The notes under the pieces were generated by a model. That model saw only the letters and a program-made list of their open reading frames with translations. It was not told the DNA's origin and made no database searches. This document shows positions 8,141 to 17,651 of a stretch of DNA of 29,553 nt, piece after piece. Made by a program: the position numbers and the translations under genes. Each line of letters begins with the position of its first letter. The first letter of the stretch is position 1. Origin of the DNA: a virus (lineage: Duplodnaviria > Caudoviricetes); the IMG/VR virus record IMGVR_UViG_3300031707_000122, positions 1 to 29,553 of that record; one strand, 5' to 3'.

Positions 8141-8727
8141 TGACTTTTCTCCCATTTCTTGATTAAGGATAACGCGAGATGATTGCGCGTGATCTGATCG
8201 ACGTAACCCTTTTGTTTCCCGCCAACATATGCTTCCAAGGCCCTGACTGGATCTCCTCCGTACTGATTGAGTAAATCCATCAAAATCAAATTCCCGGCCC
8301 GGATGCTCTTGTCCACATCAAATAGATCTCTGGCATTAGTACAAATCCCCGCCTTGACCAGAGCTTTTCCGTGAACAGAATACCTTACTTGAGTCAATCC
8401 CCATGCCTGGGCTGAAGAGATCGCCGTGGGCGTGAATTCGCTTTCGGCTCGGATCAGGGAGAGAATCAGTAAGGGATAATCGCACTTCATGGCCTCGGCC
8501 ACGATCTGGCGACTCATATTCATTGAGATTTTATTGGATCTACCGAATACCCATTGCGCCAAATTCTCCTGATAGGCTTGATCGACTTTGGCCGGAGCCT
8601 TCAGTCTCATGAGAAGAAAATCTCTTTCCTCTTGGATACTTTTATAATCTGCCTTGGAAGTAAAAACCAAAAATGCAAAGATTAAACAACACAAAATTAA
8701 AAACGAAATGGGTATTATTTTTTTCAT
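8137..8727 (-). CDS. Lytic transglycosylase (SLT domain) with N-terminal membrane anchor
   Basis: AESEF catalytic motif, AWGLTQV, ALEAYVGG; hydrophobic N-terminus from ATG 8727. Confidence 0.88.
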   Translation of the reverse strand: MKKIIPISFLILCCLIFAFLVFTSKADYKSIQEERDFLLMRLKAPAKVDQAYQENLAQWVFGRSNKISMNMSRQIVAEAMKCDYPLLILSLIRAESEFTPTAISSAQAWGLTQVRYSVHGKALVKAGICTNARDLFDVDKSIRAGNLILMDLLNQYGGDPVRALEAYVGGKQKGYVDQITRNHLALSLIKKWEKSQ

Positions 8728-9149
8728 CCTTCCTCTTTTGGGGGTCTTACCCCTCTTTTCTTGTAATACCAAGCCAAATTATTGATCCGGATGTTTTTTG
8801 TCCGGCACTCAGAACCGCATATCTCCTGTTTAGGAAAACATAAAAGAGTGAATTCTTTCTTACAGACCTTACAGATGAAAAACCGGATCTTCTTCTTAGG
8901 CTTTGGCATTTGTCGATTCTTGGTACAGTAAACCTTTTGAAAGATTTCGATTGGAACATCATCCAGACGACTCGGGACTTTAAAATAATATTCATTGGAG
9001 AACCCACAAATGCAGGCCACCCGACCACTTCCAAGATTCAGGCGTTCCTGAAATAGTTTCCTGCCACACTTTGGACAAATCATCGTCTCCAATAGATCGA
9101 GCCTGAGAGGGGGAATGATCGGATTTTCTGGTTCTGGAATTACTTGCAT
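8724..9149 (-). CDS. Multi-zinc-finger protein
   Basis: CPKC, CIC, CKVC and CGSEC motifs. Confidence 0.7.
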   Translation of the reverse strand: MQVIPEPENPIIPPLRLDLLETMICPKCGRKLFQERLNLGSGRVACICGFSNEYYFKVPSRLDDVPIEIFQKVYCTKNRQMPKPKKKIRFFICKVCKKEFTLLCFPKQEICGSECRTKNIRINNLAWYYKKRGVRPPKEEG

Positions 9150-10048
9150 ATCGGTAACTCGCTACACTCTTTTCCATCGAGAAGACGGCCAGCGGTTTTT
9201 TTGCCGATGCGATAAACCTCTTGGTAATCACCAAATGGTTGTGTTCCCCTTCCTTCCCATGTGGCAGCATCAAAAATTCTTGCCTGTGATGCGCCTACCC
9301 ATTCCCCCCATTGTTTAAAGTAAAATGGCACCCCCGCCTCCTGGCATTGATCCCTGACCGATCTTGCCCAATCCGGGTGCATCGGCCTTGCGCCTGGGCC
9401 GGACTCTCCGCCGAGGACTACCCACTTAATCAATCGTTTTAATTTCCATGAACCCCATAGGCAATTTATGTATTCGTTAAGTTTGAGATCGATAGGGCCT
9501 AACATCGGCTCAATAGAGAGCCACCTAACCGTTGCCGGTATCTTCACTAATTCGCGGATTTTCCTATCTGCCTCTCCCTGGTTTACGATCGTCACCCCGG
9601 GCCAAACATTTGGGATATAGTCTCCTCCGCCCAATTTTATTCCATAAAGTTTTCCCTTTATCAGAGTTGCCCTTTTTGTGAGCAATAGAAAAATATGTTG
9701 AGGGCAGACCTCCATCACATCAAGGGCCTGGTCGATAAAGCTATTCGGCACTTGCTTATGAAAAAGATCATTAAGGATCAGCCAGGACTGTGGTTTTTTG
9801 GTGCGGAGGGGAAGGTCAAGATTACTTTCTCTCAGACGAATTTCCCCTGTCCATCCGATCCTTGACATCGTTGTTAATTGAGCCACCGGAAGATGAATTT
9901 TTGGATTTGGATTAAAGGCCATTCTCGTTGATTCTCTTGCACTCCAGCAATGTTCACAACCAGGAGAACACGGGGTACAACCGTCCACCAGGCGCCATAG
10001 TCGATCCCAATAAATCCCTTGACCGATTCGATCAAACATTTTTACCAC
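9140..10048 (-). CDS. DUF5131 / phage Gp37-Gp68 family protein
   Basis: GCTPCSPGCEHCW, DLFH, LLTKR, WLSIEPMLGP, WVVLGGESG, FYFKQWGEW. Confidence 0.92.
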   Translation of the reverse strand: MVKMFDRIGQGIYWDRLWRLVDGCTPCSPGCEHCWSARESTRMAFNPNPKIHLPVAQLTTMSRIGWTGEIRLRESNLDLPLRTKKPQSWLILNDLFHKQVPNSFIDQALDVMEVCPQHIFLLLTKRATLIKGKLYGIKLGGGDYIPNVWPGVTIVNQGEADRKIRELVKIPATVRWLSIEPMLGPIDLKLNEYINCLWGSWKLKRLIKWVVLGGESGPGARPMHPDWARSVRDQCQEAGVPFYFKQWGEWVGASQARIFDAATWEGRGTQPFGDYQEVYRIGKKTAGRLLDGKECSELPICK

Positions 10049-10392
10049 CTTATTAAGAGGCCGCAGAATGGAAGTCTGCCTTTAAAGAAATCAAACATCT
10101 CGGCCCAAGTGCTGAACCCATCCGCATGAGCCAAGGATTCACGTTCATCTGGATCAAGATAAATGCCCCGGTACTGAACTAAACTCGAACTCCATATCTC
10201 GATTCCCTCAACGGAATAACATGTTCTTCCACCCAAACTACGAACGGCTTTAGTTCTAAGTCCTACGTATAGGTATAGAAGATCTCCCATTTTTGGATCT
10301 CTACCATCTTTTCGTTTTGCGCGAATGGTCTGTCTTTTAAGGTCTAATTCTATGGCCCGAACAAATCTTGGTTGAAAATTAAGGGCTGGCAT
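10042..10392 (-). CDS. ASCH-domain protein
   Basis: LNF...KRQTIR...GDLLYLYVGLR...LAHADGF...FF. Confidence 0.8.
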   Translation of the reverse strand: MPALNFQPRFVRAIELDLKRQTIRAKRKDGRDPKMGDLLYLYVGLRTKAVRSLGGRTCYSVEGIEIWSSSLVQYRGIYLDPDERESLAHADGFSTWAEMFDFFKGRLPFCGLLIRW

Positions 10393-10870
10393 TTCCTACC
10401 CCCTTTAAAAACTTTTCTCGATTATCAGCAAAGTATATACTGACTGCTAAAGCACTCCATTCATGACCATGGATCTGATATAATTTGCCTGGTTCTTTCT
10501 TGGTCCCGATCGCGCCGAATCGATCAATCAGAACTTGTTTAATATTGGTATCCTGGGCCCTGGCAGTTCCGCAGAAATGGCATTTGATCTCTCCCCGGTA
10601 AACTACATAGATCTTAGCTGTGTAATCCAAAAGTCTTTCCTGGAGATGCCCGATGAAATTTTCGGTCATCAGAACACTCTTGCCGATCGGCATTCCCATG
10701 TGTTGGATACCTTCTATGACCGGGATGCCCTCGAACTCTTCGGCTACCCTGAGATCGGCCAGAATCTTTTCATTCAAGTCGGTAAAATTCTTGATCACGG
10801 TTTCTGTTGCCGTATCCCAAAGCACAAAAGCTGTCTTGTCCGTACCTGGGTCAAAACCTGCTATCCTCAT
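10379..10870 (-). CDS. RuvC-like Holliday junction resolvase
   Basis: GFDPGT, VIEGI, EIKCHFCG and WSALAV; RNase H-fold pattern. Confidence 0.8.
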   Translation of the reverse strand: MRIAGFDPGTDKTAFVLWDTATETVIKNFTDLNEKILADLRVAEEFEGIPVIEGIQHMGMPIGKSVLMTENFIGHLQERLLDYTAKIYVVYRGEIKCHFCGTARAQDTNIKQVLIDRFGAIGTKKEPGKLYQIHGHEWSALAVSIYFADNREKFLKGVGNASP

Positions 10871-11202
10871 CCGTTACTCCAATCCATTTGAATTTGACGA
10901 CCTGTTTTGCGAAGACTTTCCAAATATTTTTGTTCTTTGCGAATTAACTCTTCCATAGATGATGTTGCTTCTTCCGGATATAGATTATGATGTATTTTAC
11001 ATAAGACTTCTCTGAGAGCCTTCTTGTGATCTTCCATCAACCCTTCCGCCATGGCCTGTAGGTCTTTGATAATCTTTATCCCGTCTTCACCGTCCTCTGT
11101 GGGCACGGCTTTAATTTGCAGACTTGGCCGGAAATTAGAAAACTGCTCGTATGGATGATTAAAAGTGCGACCTGCTGATATAGTGATCTCGGTGATCTTC
11201 AT
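10867..11202 (-). CDS. Hypothetical protein
   Basis: AAGGAG RBS; ITISAGRTFNHPYEQFSN. Confidence 0.75.
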   Translation of the reverse strand: MKITEITISAGRTFNHPYEQFSNFRPSLQIKAVPTEDGEDGIKIIKDLQAMAEGLMEDHKKALREVLCKIHHNLYPEEATSSMEELIRKEQKYLESLRKTGRQIQMDWSNG

Positions 11203-11216
11203 ATTCTCCTTTCATT

Positions 11217-11250
11217 GCGCCCCCACCTGACTCCACTCAAGAGGGGGCGC
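11217..11250 (-). other. Strong intergenic hairpin without a U-tract
   Basis: GCGCCCCC-TCTTGA-GTGGAG-TCAGGT-GGGGGCGC. Confidence 0.55.
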
Positions 11251-11269
11251 TTCGGTATCGAGTTACCGT

Positions 11270-11554
11270 TTATTCTAATTGCTCATCTGAGGACTCTATC
11301 GCATTCTTGGGCATCTCCTTTCGTTTCTGAATTTCCGAAGACTTCTCCTGCGGAGGCTTCGGATTCGGTTTCGGTAAAATGCTTATATCAAGTTCCGCCT
11401 CAGTCCCGATCGCCTGGATCTGGACCCGATCGCCACTATCGAGCGTTAGGATAACCGCATCACTTCCGTTCTTGTCCGCATACTTCAGGTCCACGCTCAT
11501 GATGACTCGGGCGGGCATCTTCCTGGTTATGTCGAGAATGAAATCGGGTATCAT
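11270..11554 (-). CDS. Hypothetical protein
   Basis: ATGA-coupled; AAGGAG RBS. Confidence 0.65.
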   Translation of the reverse strand: MIPDFILDITRKMPARVIMSVDLKYADKNGSDAVILTLDSGDRVQIQAIGTEAELDISILPKPNPKPPQEKSSEIQKRKEMPKNAIESSDEQLE

Positions 11555-11721
11555 ATTTTCTTCTCCTTCACGTCAGTTGGATAAGACAGGGCCAGGAATA
11601 GGGCCCTTCGTTCTTCCTTCCCCTCGGCCACTTGCTGATCGAAGATTTTCTTCTGGAATCCGGTAAGGGCCGCGATCTTTTCTCTTATCCATTCATTGGA
11701 TCTGGCCGGGAAATACTTCAT
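11551..11721 (-). CDS. Hypothetical protein
   Basis: ATG 11721 in TAATG overlap with the initiator stop; GAAGGAG RBS. Confidence 0.6.
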   Translation of the reverse strand: MKYFPARSNEWIREKIAALTGFQKKIFDQQVAEGKEERRALFLALSYPTDVKEKKI

Positions 11722-12740
11722 TACTTGATCTCCTTCCCGATCTTCGATAGCAAATCTTTTATCTGATCTGGATTCATGGGTTTGAAGCAGGCCGGGCAGC
11801 ATTCAAATTTCTTCAGATCTTCCAGGAGCGTTTCCTTCTTGCATTTTGGACAGGTGCCCCAAAGATCCTTGGCGACAACTTGTAGTTTCGGTCTTGCCTT
11901 GGACTGTCTGATATTGTCGTATTTCCCCTCCAGTACGCCTAGCGCATTCTCCTGGTTGGCCACAACCCAATCGTAAGTAGCTCGCCATCCCCGATCATTT
12001 TCTCCCATCAGAAAAGGTGTTTTGATGATCTTCTGGAAGACCTGGACCCAATAGGTATGTATATCCGGATTCTCGCGTAGTCTGATCTTTGCCTTCTGGA
12101 TTCTTGACGGTAGAGCTTCACGGACTTCCGGCAGGCCGGCATCGGCGCAAATGGCATTCCACGCCTGAATCAGTTGGTGCGCATCCTGAAGTAATTTTTG
12201 ATCTCTCACTTCTTCCTCCTCTGTCCTTTCCTGCTCGGGTGGATTCTCTGGTTCTTCTTCCTCTTCAATCTCCGGCTCCAAAGCCTTATTCAGGCGCTTA
12301 CTACTCAAGACTTTTTCGACCATAGAAATCAATTCTTCGTTATGACTTACTCTTCTAATTTCAGACTCCTGAATCCAATATCGAAACAGTTCTACCAATT
12401 TACTTTTTGGCAGTTTCGTGAGATTTGTCGCTATGCCCTTTGCATGTTTCTGGTTGGTGGCTGGATTGTATTTGAGAAAATTTTTGATGAAGATCACTGA
12501 ATTTTCCTCATCAAAAGCTATCATCTTCTTTTCGATTAATTCCTGTCTGGCCGCGTTGTAATCCTCTTCCGTGAATTTTTTCAGATGTAGGAAAGTATAT
12601 CCATTCCTAATGACGTAAAGGCCGATTCCGTTGGACTGAGGAGAAGTCATTAGATAGATAAAGAGGATCATCGCGTCTTTACTCAAATACGGAAATGTTT
12701 GATCTTCCCATATTTTTACAAAGATCTTCCGGTAGTTCAT
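11721..12740 (-). CDS. Phage replication initiator / replisome organizer
   Basis: YRKIFVKIWED...LFIYLMTSP..NGIGLY wHTH N-domain; FLMGENDRGWRATYDWVV...VLEGKY C-domain; terminal CPKC/CPAC. Confidence 0.85.
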   Translation of the reverse strand: MNYRKIFVKIWEDQTFPYLSKDAMILFIYLMTSPQSNGIGLYVIRNGYTFLHLKKFTEEDYNAARQELIEKKMIAFDEENSVIFIKNFLKYNPATNQKHAKGIATNLTKLPKSKLVELFRYWIQESEIRRVSHNEELISMVEKVLSSKRLNKALEPEIEEEEEPENPPEQERTEEEEVRDQKLLQDAHQLIQAWNAICADAGLPEVREALPSRIQKAKIRLRENPDIHTYWVQVFQKIIKTPFLMGENDRGWRATYDWVVANQENALGVLEGKYDNIRQSKARPKLQVVAKDLWGTCPKCKKETLLEDLKKFECCPACFKPMNPDQIKDLLSKIGKEIK

Positions 12741-12752
12741 CGATTCGCCGTT

Positions 12753-14015
12753 CTATTTGCTGTGGAGAAAACAAGCGTTCTGTTTGTAAAAAGTGCATAG
12801 GTTGACACAGTAGATAGTGGCTACCCGGCAATTCTGCTTCTCTCCCCCTGGAGGACATTTAACCTCATCGTTCGGAAAGATGAAATCATTTCTACTCATT
12901 CCTTTGGGCAACATCAATTTGGGCATCAGTTTTTCTTTCCCCGGTTTGATCACGGCATTTCTATCGTGGAATGATTGTGGCCCCGACGATTCAAACATGG
13001 GAATATCTTCGTCATCTTCTCCGGGTTCCCGGGAAGGTCTTGCCGGTTCCTGAAGCGGGGGCTCGGGCGGTAGTGCGGGAGGAGGGGAAGGTTCAGGCTT
13101 ACAAGGAGGCGCCGGCTGTGCCAAGGCAGCCGGACTTGTCTTTATGCTCTGACCTTCCCCTGAGAGCTTTTCGGTTAGCTTATTTTCTTTATCCGCGGTC
13201 TTCTGCTCGACCGTCTTGGATGATTCCGGAAGTTGGGCGAGATCCAATCCTACATCCGGATCAATTACCTGAATGCCCGCTTCCTGATACTCATCGATGA
13301 TTGCTGCCTTCTGCCATTCAGGAGAGAGGGGTAGCCATTTTGCCAATCGGCGCATCGGAGTTTTCTTCTCCATCTCTTCAGGAAACTTATTCCATGGACT
13401 ATCGGAAACATTTTTCTTGTTGGCCAGGGCTTGTTTTTTCGTTTCCTCGATTTCCTCAGCCCACATCCATTCCCACTTAGGCGTTCCATCTTTCATGATC
13501 GCCATGGAATAAACTCCGAGCATTGCCTTACCCCGTTTAGAGGGCGGTAAAGGTTTATGAATCATTTTATGATCGCTGCCCTCATCGAGAACGAATACCT
13601 CGTTCACATAGACAATCCGGGAATAGCAATCCTTTACTTGATTGCTTCGATAAGCGAGTTCAACATACCCCCGATAGCCGATGATCAGTTGGCAATCATA
13701 TCTATTGAACTGAGAATTCCAGAACGGGACCAGGTTTGCATGGCCAAGATGCTGGCCGATCTCCAGGCCAAGATTCGCGGCCTGCATGATCGATCCTAAG
13801 AAGCTCTTCTGGTCACACTCCAGGAGTTTGGGGTTTATCCTCACAGCATTAACTACCAGACTAATAAGCCTGTCGGCCTTCAGGTGCTTGGGAAGGGCAT
13901 GTTCAAGCCGAGCCTTATTTTTGGTCAATAGATCTAAAACTGTGCCCGCTGTTCCCTGGACTGCCGGGAGTCCTCCGGTTTCTGGTTTCTCACTTGGATT
14001 GATTTTGGTTGCCAT
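12753..14015 (-). CDS. recT: RecT-family single-strand annealing protein with C-terminal extension
   Basis: ALPKHL, QAANLGLE, LVPF, LIIGYRGYVELAYRS, SPW...EMEKKT.RRLAKWLPLS; AAGGAG RBS before ATG 14015. Confidence 0.93.
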   Translation of the reverse strand: MATKINPSEKPETGGLPAVQGTAGTVLDLLTKNKARLEHALPKHLKADRLISLVVNAVRINPKLLECDQKSFLGSIMQAANLGLEIGQHLGHANLVPFWNSQFNRYDCQLIIGYRGYVELAYRSNQVKDCYSRIVYVNEVFVLDEGSDHKMIHKPLPPSKRGKAMLGVYSMAIMKDGTPKWEWMWAEEIEETKKQALANKKNVSDSPWNKFPEEMEKKTPMRRLAKWLPLSPEWQKAAIIDEYQEAGIQVIDPDVGLDLAQLPESSKTVEQKTADKENKLTEKLSGEGQSIKTSPAALAQPAPPCKPEPSPPPALPPEPPLQEPARPSREPGEDDEDIPMFESSGPQSFHDRNAVIKPGKEKLMPKLMLPKGMSRNDFIFPNDEVKCPPGGEKQNCRVATIYCVNLCTFYKQNACFLHSK

Positions 14016-14121
14016 GTTCTTGCTCCTTTGTTTATTTTTATCCGATTCGCTGTCCTGCGGGATTTTTCTTGATTTCCGGTGGCTCGGGTTTATCAAGATT
14101 ATATGGAATCCATTAATTCTC

Positions 14122-15090
14122 CTATTCAATCAAAATTGGCTTTATGATATAGGGTCTAAAAACTTTCATGGGCTTCCCGGTTTTCATGTAGGATTCCATG
14201 ATCTCATAAGCCGGAGGATTCCCTTTAGCAAAACCCTTCTTATCTAAACTTTGTCTTCCTGCCTGCTCTTTGAAATACACGCGCATTCCAGAACCCTCAG
14301 CGATAGAGGCACTTGCCGAATCCATCATGGACTTTATGGAATTTTCAGCGATCTCAAGAAGACCCTCTGCATTCTCTCTCAGATTTTTGGCAACCTGATA
14401 TTGCTTGACAGCTTCGGCCCATTCGTTGGGATTGATTTTCTCCATGTTCACCAGTTCACCACGGAGAACTTCCGGCATTTCGATTTGGACTGTTTCTTCC
14501 TCGGGTGCAATCCCATTTAAGACGCCTTGCCAAAACTCATTGTCCTTTTGAAAGATGATCTCTATAAGCCGCTCATTGCGCTGTACGTCAAAATGGATGA
14601 GTTTCCATTTTTCTGCGGAGAAGATGGCAAAAGATCCCCACTTTTTTCCCGTCACACCCAAGTAATGGGCCAACTGGACGAGATAATATTCGGGCAATCC
14701 TTCACGTTCACACTTTCCGAAAACTCCCAATCCCGGACATTTAATCTCTAAGATTCCTTCACCAAGTTTAGGATCTACAAGTTTGCGATCGATGTGCGCC
14801 CACAGATGCTTGTGAATTGGATGAAGGATTTTCTGTTTGACGATTTCAACCTGACGGCCAGTGATCTCGCCATATAGATCCGCGACAATCGATTCAAGGC
14901 GCTTCCCCCGCATGGCAGCCGGGCCAGTGGGTTCTTGTTCCTTCAATCCAACTTTCTCCAGGAAAAGATCTCTTTTGGTCTTGAAGGGCGATATGCCTAA
15001 TATGATGGCCGAATCGCTCCCACCGACCCCACCCTTTCGCTGGGAGACATCATCTTCATCAATTTGAAGTTGCCTAAGTTGCTGTTCCAT
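14122..15090 (-). CDS. YqaJ-like viral recombinase exonuclease
   Basis: RKGGVGGSD, GKRLE, AHIDR, ILEIKC, YLVQLAHYLGVTG. Confidence 0.92.
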   Translation of the reverse strand: MEQQLRQLQIDEDDVSQRKGGVGGSDSAIILGISPFKTKRDLFLEKVGLKEQEPTGPAAMRGKRLESIVADLYGEITGRQVEIVKQKILHPIHKHLWAHIDRKLVDPKLGEGILEIKCPGLGVFGKCEREGLPEYYLVQLAHYLGVTGKKWGSFAIFSAEKWKLIHFDVQRNERLIEIIFQKDNEFWQGVLNGIAPEEETVQIEMPEVLRGELVNMEKINPNEWAEAVKQYQVAKNLRENAEGLLEIAENSIKSMMDSASASIAEGSGMRVYFKEQAGRQSLDKKGFAKGNPPAYEIMESYMKTGKPMKVFRPYIIKPILIE

Positions 15091-15095
15091 GAAGA

Positions 15096-15980
15096 TTAAT
15101 ATCTGAAGAGATCTTTGACTTCTCTGATCGTGCTCATTTGCCGGTTGGCAAAATATTCATATCCGAATCTACCATCTGACAAGGTTTTTCGTTCCCGATT
15201 CAAAAGGAGATTCATGAGCGCATTCAGAGTAACAATACTTACTTTGTAACCATTCTGTCTTTTCTTTTCATCCATGGCTCTTCCCGACAACATATAATCA
15301 CGCAATAAAAGCATAGGATGGGCGCGGGGAAGATTTTCTCCTTTTAGATAAGCCTCTTCATATTGCATGATCTTTTCAAAAGAAACTTTTGCTGCAAAAG
15401 CGAAACACGCCAAAACAGTGCTCATCTTTAAATTTTTAAGATGAGCACTTTTTGAATGTACGATTACTTCATCAACCTCTTTTTTGTAGATTTGATAAAT
15501 TTTGTTGGCCAAAGATGAAGTAATTTGGTGATGTCTATTGGTACATAAACTACAAAGTGCCCCCAGTATCGAAGCCATCAAGGTTCCTTGTTTCCATCCA
15601 TAAACAAGCATGCCCGTGTCTCCCACTCCTCTTTTGCGTCCTATGTCACACTTTCCGACCGCAGTTTTTGGAAGACCCTTGATAGCAGAAAAGATTTGAT
15701 TCGTACCAGATAGAATAATGGCCTCTATGCGATGTTGACCATCAATCAGATGTCCATCAAAAGCGAATCTGATTGGATCACCGACAAATTCCCAATCCCC
15801 ATGTTTCATTGCAATCGTATAATTTTCAGCCGTCTTTGGGTAAAGCGGCCTATTATGGCCATTCCTCGTCGTCTTGATTTTAAGGGCCAACTCCGGCGTC
15901 ATTTGGATACGCCTCATTTCTTCCTCCGGTGAATCGATCCACTTTTCCACTTGATTGGCTGACATAATTACTTTGTCCAT
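15096..15980 (-). CDS. ParB N-terminal-like domain protein
   Basis: NRPL...MKHGDW...DPIRF...LIDGQHRIEAII. Confidence 0.75.
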   Translation of the reverse strand: MDKVIMSANQVEKWIDSPEEEMRRIQMTPELALKIKTTRNGHNRPLYPKTAENYTIAMKHGDWEFVGDPIRFAFDGHLIDGQHRIEAIILSGTNQIFSAIKGLPKTAVGKCDIGRKRGVGDTGMLVYGWKQGTLMASILGALCSLCTNRHHQITSSLANKIYQIYKKEVDEVIVHSKSAHLKNLKMSTVLACFAFAAKVSFEKIMQYEEAYLKGENLPRAHPMLLLRDYMLSGRAMDEKKRQNGYKVSIVTLNALMNLLLNRERKTLSDGRFGYEYFANRQMSTIREVKDLFRY

Positions 15981-15981
15981 A

Positions 15982-16680
15982 CTATTCCTCCTCTTTTTTT
16001 GATTCTTGGTTCTCTTTAATCCAAGATAAAAATCTTTTCCGGTCTGCCTTACTTGCTATAGTCCAATAGCGTTTTAATGAGCGAAGCGTTTCTGTGCCTT
16101 CTGCCTTCTCCTCCGCAGTCTTTGGTTTCCTTGTAGGTCTTTTCTTCGGTTCTCCCTTCAATATTCTCGTTTGCTCTTCCGGAGAAAGATTATCTACCCA
16201 TTTTGCTGCACGCTTCACCGTGGCCGGACTGACATGGTGCTGTTCGGCTATTTTCTCGGCCGTAGAAAACGATGGTTCATTTTGATCTATCGTTTTTCCC
16301 CTTCCCGGACCAGCCTTCTGGAATACTTGTGCTTCCTTCTTCTCCAAATTATATTGAGTCCCAATGAGAACCCTTCTTTGGAGTGGTGTCAGATTCCGGC
16401 GGGCAAGTTGATTCCCGATGATCCATATTTTCGCCGCATCCCGATCATCAAAGGTCTTGGAGTGCGTCTTGAATTCGATCTCATGTCTCTTGCAAATCTC
16501 ATATCTGGAATGGCCATCCAGCAACTTCCCATCCCAAAGAACGAGAGCATCCCGGCATCCTTCTTTTAATAATGATGCCTCCAGCGCTTCCTTCTCGTCG
16601 GCTGTTAGGACTGGAATAAGATCTCTAAATTCAGGATCGATCTCTACGACGGGTATATCGATCATTCTTGGGGTATTCAT
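15982..16680 (-). CDS. ParB-like domain + HTH protein
   Basis: IDPEFRDLIP, EGCRDAL, LLDGHSRY, NQLARRNLT, IAEQHHVSPATVKR. Confidence 0.8.
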   Translation of the reverse strand: MNTPRMIDIPVVEIDPEFRDLIPVLTADEKEALEASLLKEGCRDALVLWDGKLLDGHSRYEICKRHEIEFKTHSKTFDDRDAAKIWIIGNQLARRNLTPLQRRVLIGTQYNLEKKEAQVFQKAGPGRGKTIDQNEPSFSTAEKIAEQHHVSPATVKRAAKWVDNLSPEEQTRILKGEPKKRPTRKPKTAEEKAEGTETLRSLKRYWTIASKADRKRFLSWIKENQESKKEEE

Positions 16681-16941
16681 TTATTCCTCCACCACTACCG
16701 AGCCGATGACCATGCAGATAATCCGCTCGCGCCTCGGCCCAATCTTTTCGTTGATTACAACCCAATCGCTGGAGGCGTGGAATAGGTATTCCTCGCCATT
16801 GGATGCACGCCAGACTGGAGAAGTGACGGGCAACTTGGCCAGCTTGATAAGCTCTTGCAGGGGGCCCTTTAATTCCAATTCTCCAACTTTAGAAGACTTC
16901 GTTTCGGCTCGAAGTTTAGAAATAGTATTCTCTTCAGCCAC
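16681..16941 (-). CDS. Hypothetical protein
   Basis: Likely GTG start at 16941 with GAGAGG RBS. Confidence 0.6.
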   Translation of the reverse strand: MAEENTISKLRAETKSSKVGELELKGPLQELIKLAKLPVTSPVWRASNGEEYLFHASSDWVVINEKIGPRRERIICMVIGSVVVEE

Positions 16942-17092
16942 GGATGCCTCTCTTTCTCCGGTTGCGGGCCCGGCGCCTTTCCATTTCCTCTGTGCCCCAG
17001 GGAAGTTCATCCCAGGACGTTAGTCCTTCTTCCGGGAAAGATTTGCGGGCGAATTCGTATATTCGCTTCTTAGCCTTGAGTGCGCGTTTCAT
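16934..17092 (-). CDS. Arg/Lys-rich 52 aa protein (not in ORF track)
   Basis: MKRALKAKKRIYEFARK...EMERRRARNRRKRGIRG; GGAGG RBS; ATGA-coupled. Confidence 0.55.
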   Translation of the reverse strand: MKRALKAKKRIYEFARKSFPEEGLTSWDELPWGTEEMERRRARNRRKRGIRG

Positions 17093-17520
17093 TCCTCTTC
17101 CTCCACTACTGGCTCTTCCTCGTCGATCCCCATGCGCATGAGGGCCAACCTTTCTTTCTTTATGGCCTGCCGTTTCATGAGCAAGGATTCACCCAATTCC
17201 AGTAAGTTCATCTGTTTGCCGAAAATAACTTTAGCGCCCAGGGGTTGGATCAGGGCCCGGATGGGTTCAAGACTTTGGGTGACATGGCAGAAGATAGGAA
17301 GAAGGTCGAGGGAGGGAATTCTATTTTCCTCGTTTTTGGTCCAGGAATTGATCACCACGGTTGTGATCTCCTTAGACCGCCCCTCGACCCCCAGGATTTC
17401 GTTCATCCGGTCTGCTATTTGATCTCTGGAAAGGTTTGAATCTTTAATGGCTTGGCGTAAGGCGCGTTTAAGGTGGGGAACCACTTCAAGGAATGATGGC
17501 GTCTTGGCGTTGTCTATCAT
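17089..17520 (-). CDS. Phage CII-like HTH regulator
   Basis: LSRDQIADRM...INSWTK...IPSLDLLPIFC; AGGAGG RBS; first gene of the early operon. Confidence 0.75.
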   Translation of the reverse strand: MIDNAKTPSFLEVVPHLKRALRQAIKDSNLSRDQIADRMNEILGVEGRSKEITTVVINSWTKNEENRIPSLDLLPIFCHVTQSLEPIRALIQPLGAKVIFGKQMNLLELGESLLMKRQAIKKERLALMRMGIDEEEPVVEEEE

Positions 17521-17558
17521 TTAGCCTCCTGTGGTCATTTCTGACCCTAAATTAGACA

Positions 17559-17587
17559 TTGCTTTTTAAGGCAAAAAAATATAGACT
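17559..17587 (+). promoter_or_regulatory. Putative sigma-70 promoter for the repressor
   Basis: TTGCTT-17-TAGACT. Confidence 0.45.
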
Positions 17588-17651
17588 GATTAACAGAATC
17601 CCCGACACGATGTTAAAAGTTTTGCCCATTAAATTTTGCATTGGATGATTC

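Noticed and set aside
14016-14129. N-terminal extension of RecT given in the ORF track
   Set aside because: A strong RBS precedes ATG 14015 and the extension has no RecT-like character.
3156-17439. Numerous plus-strand ORFs in the track (e.g. 13786-14247, 16418-17023)
   Set aside because: Antisense shadows of coupled minus-strand genes, with no motifs or RBS.
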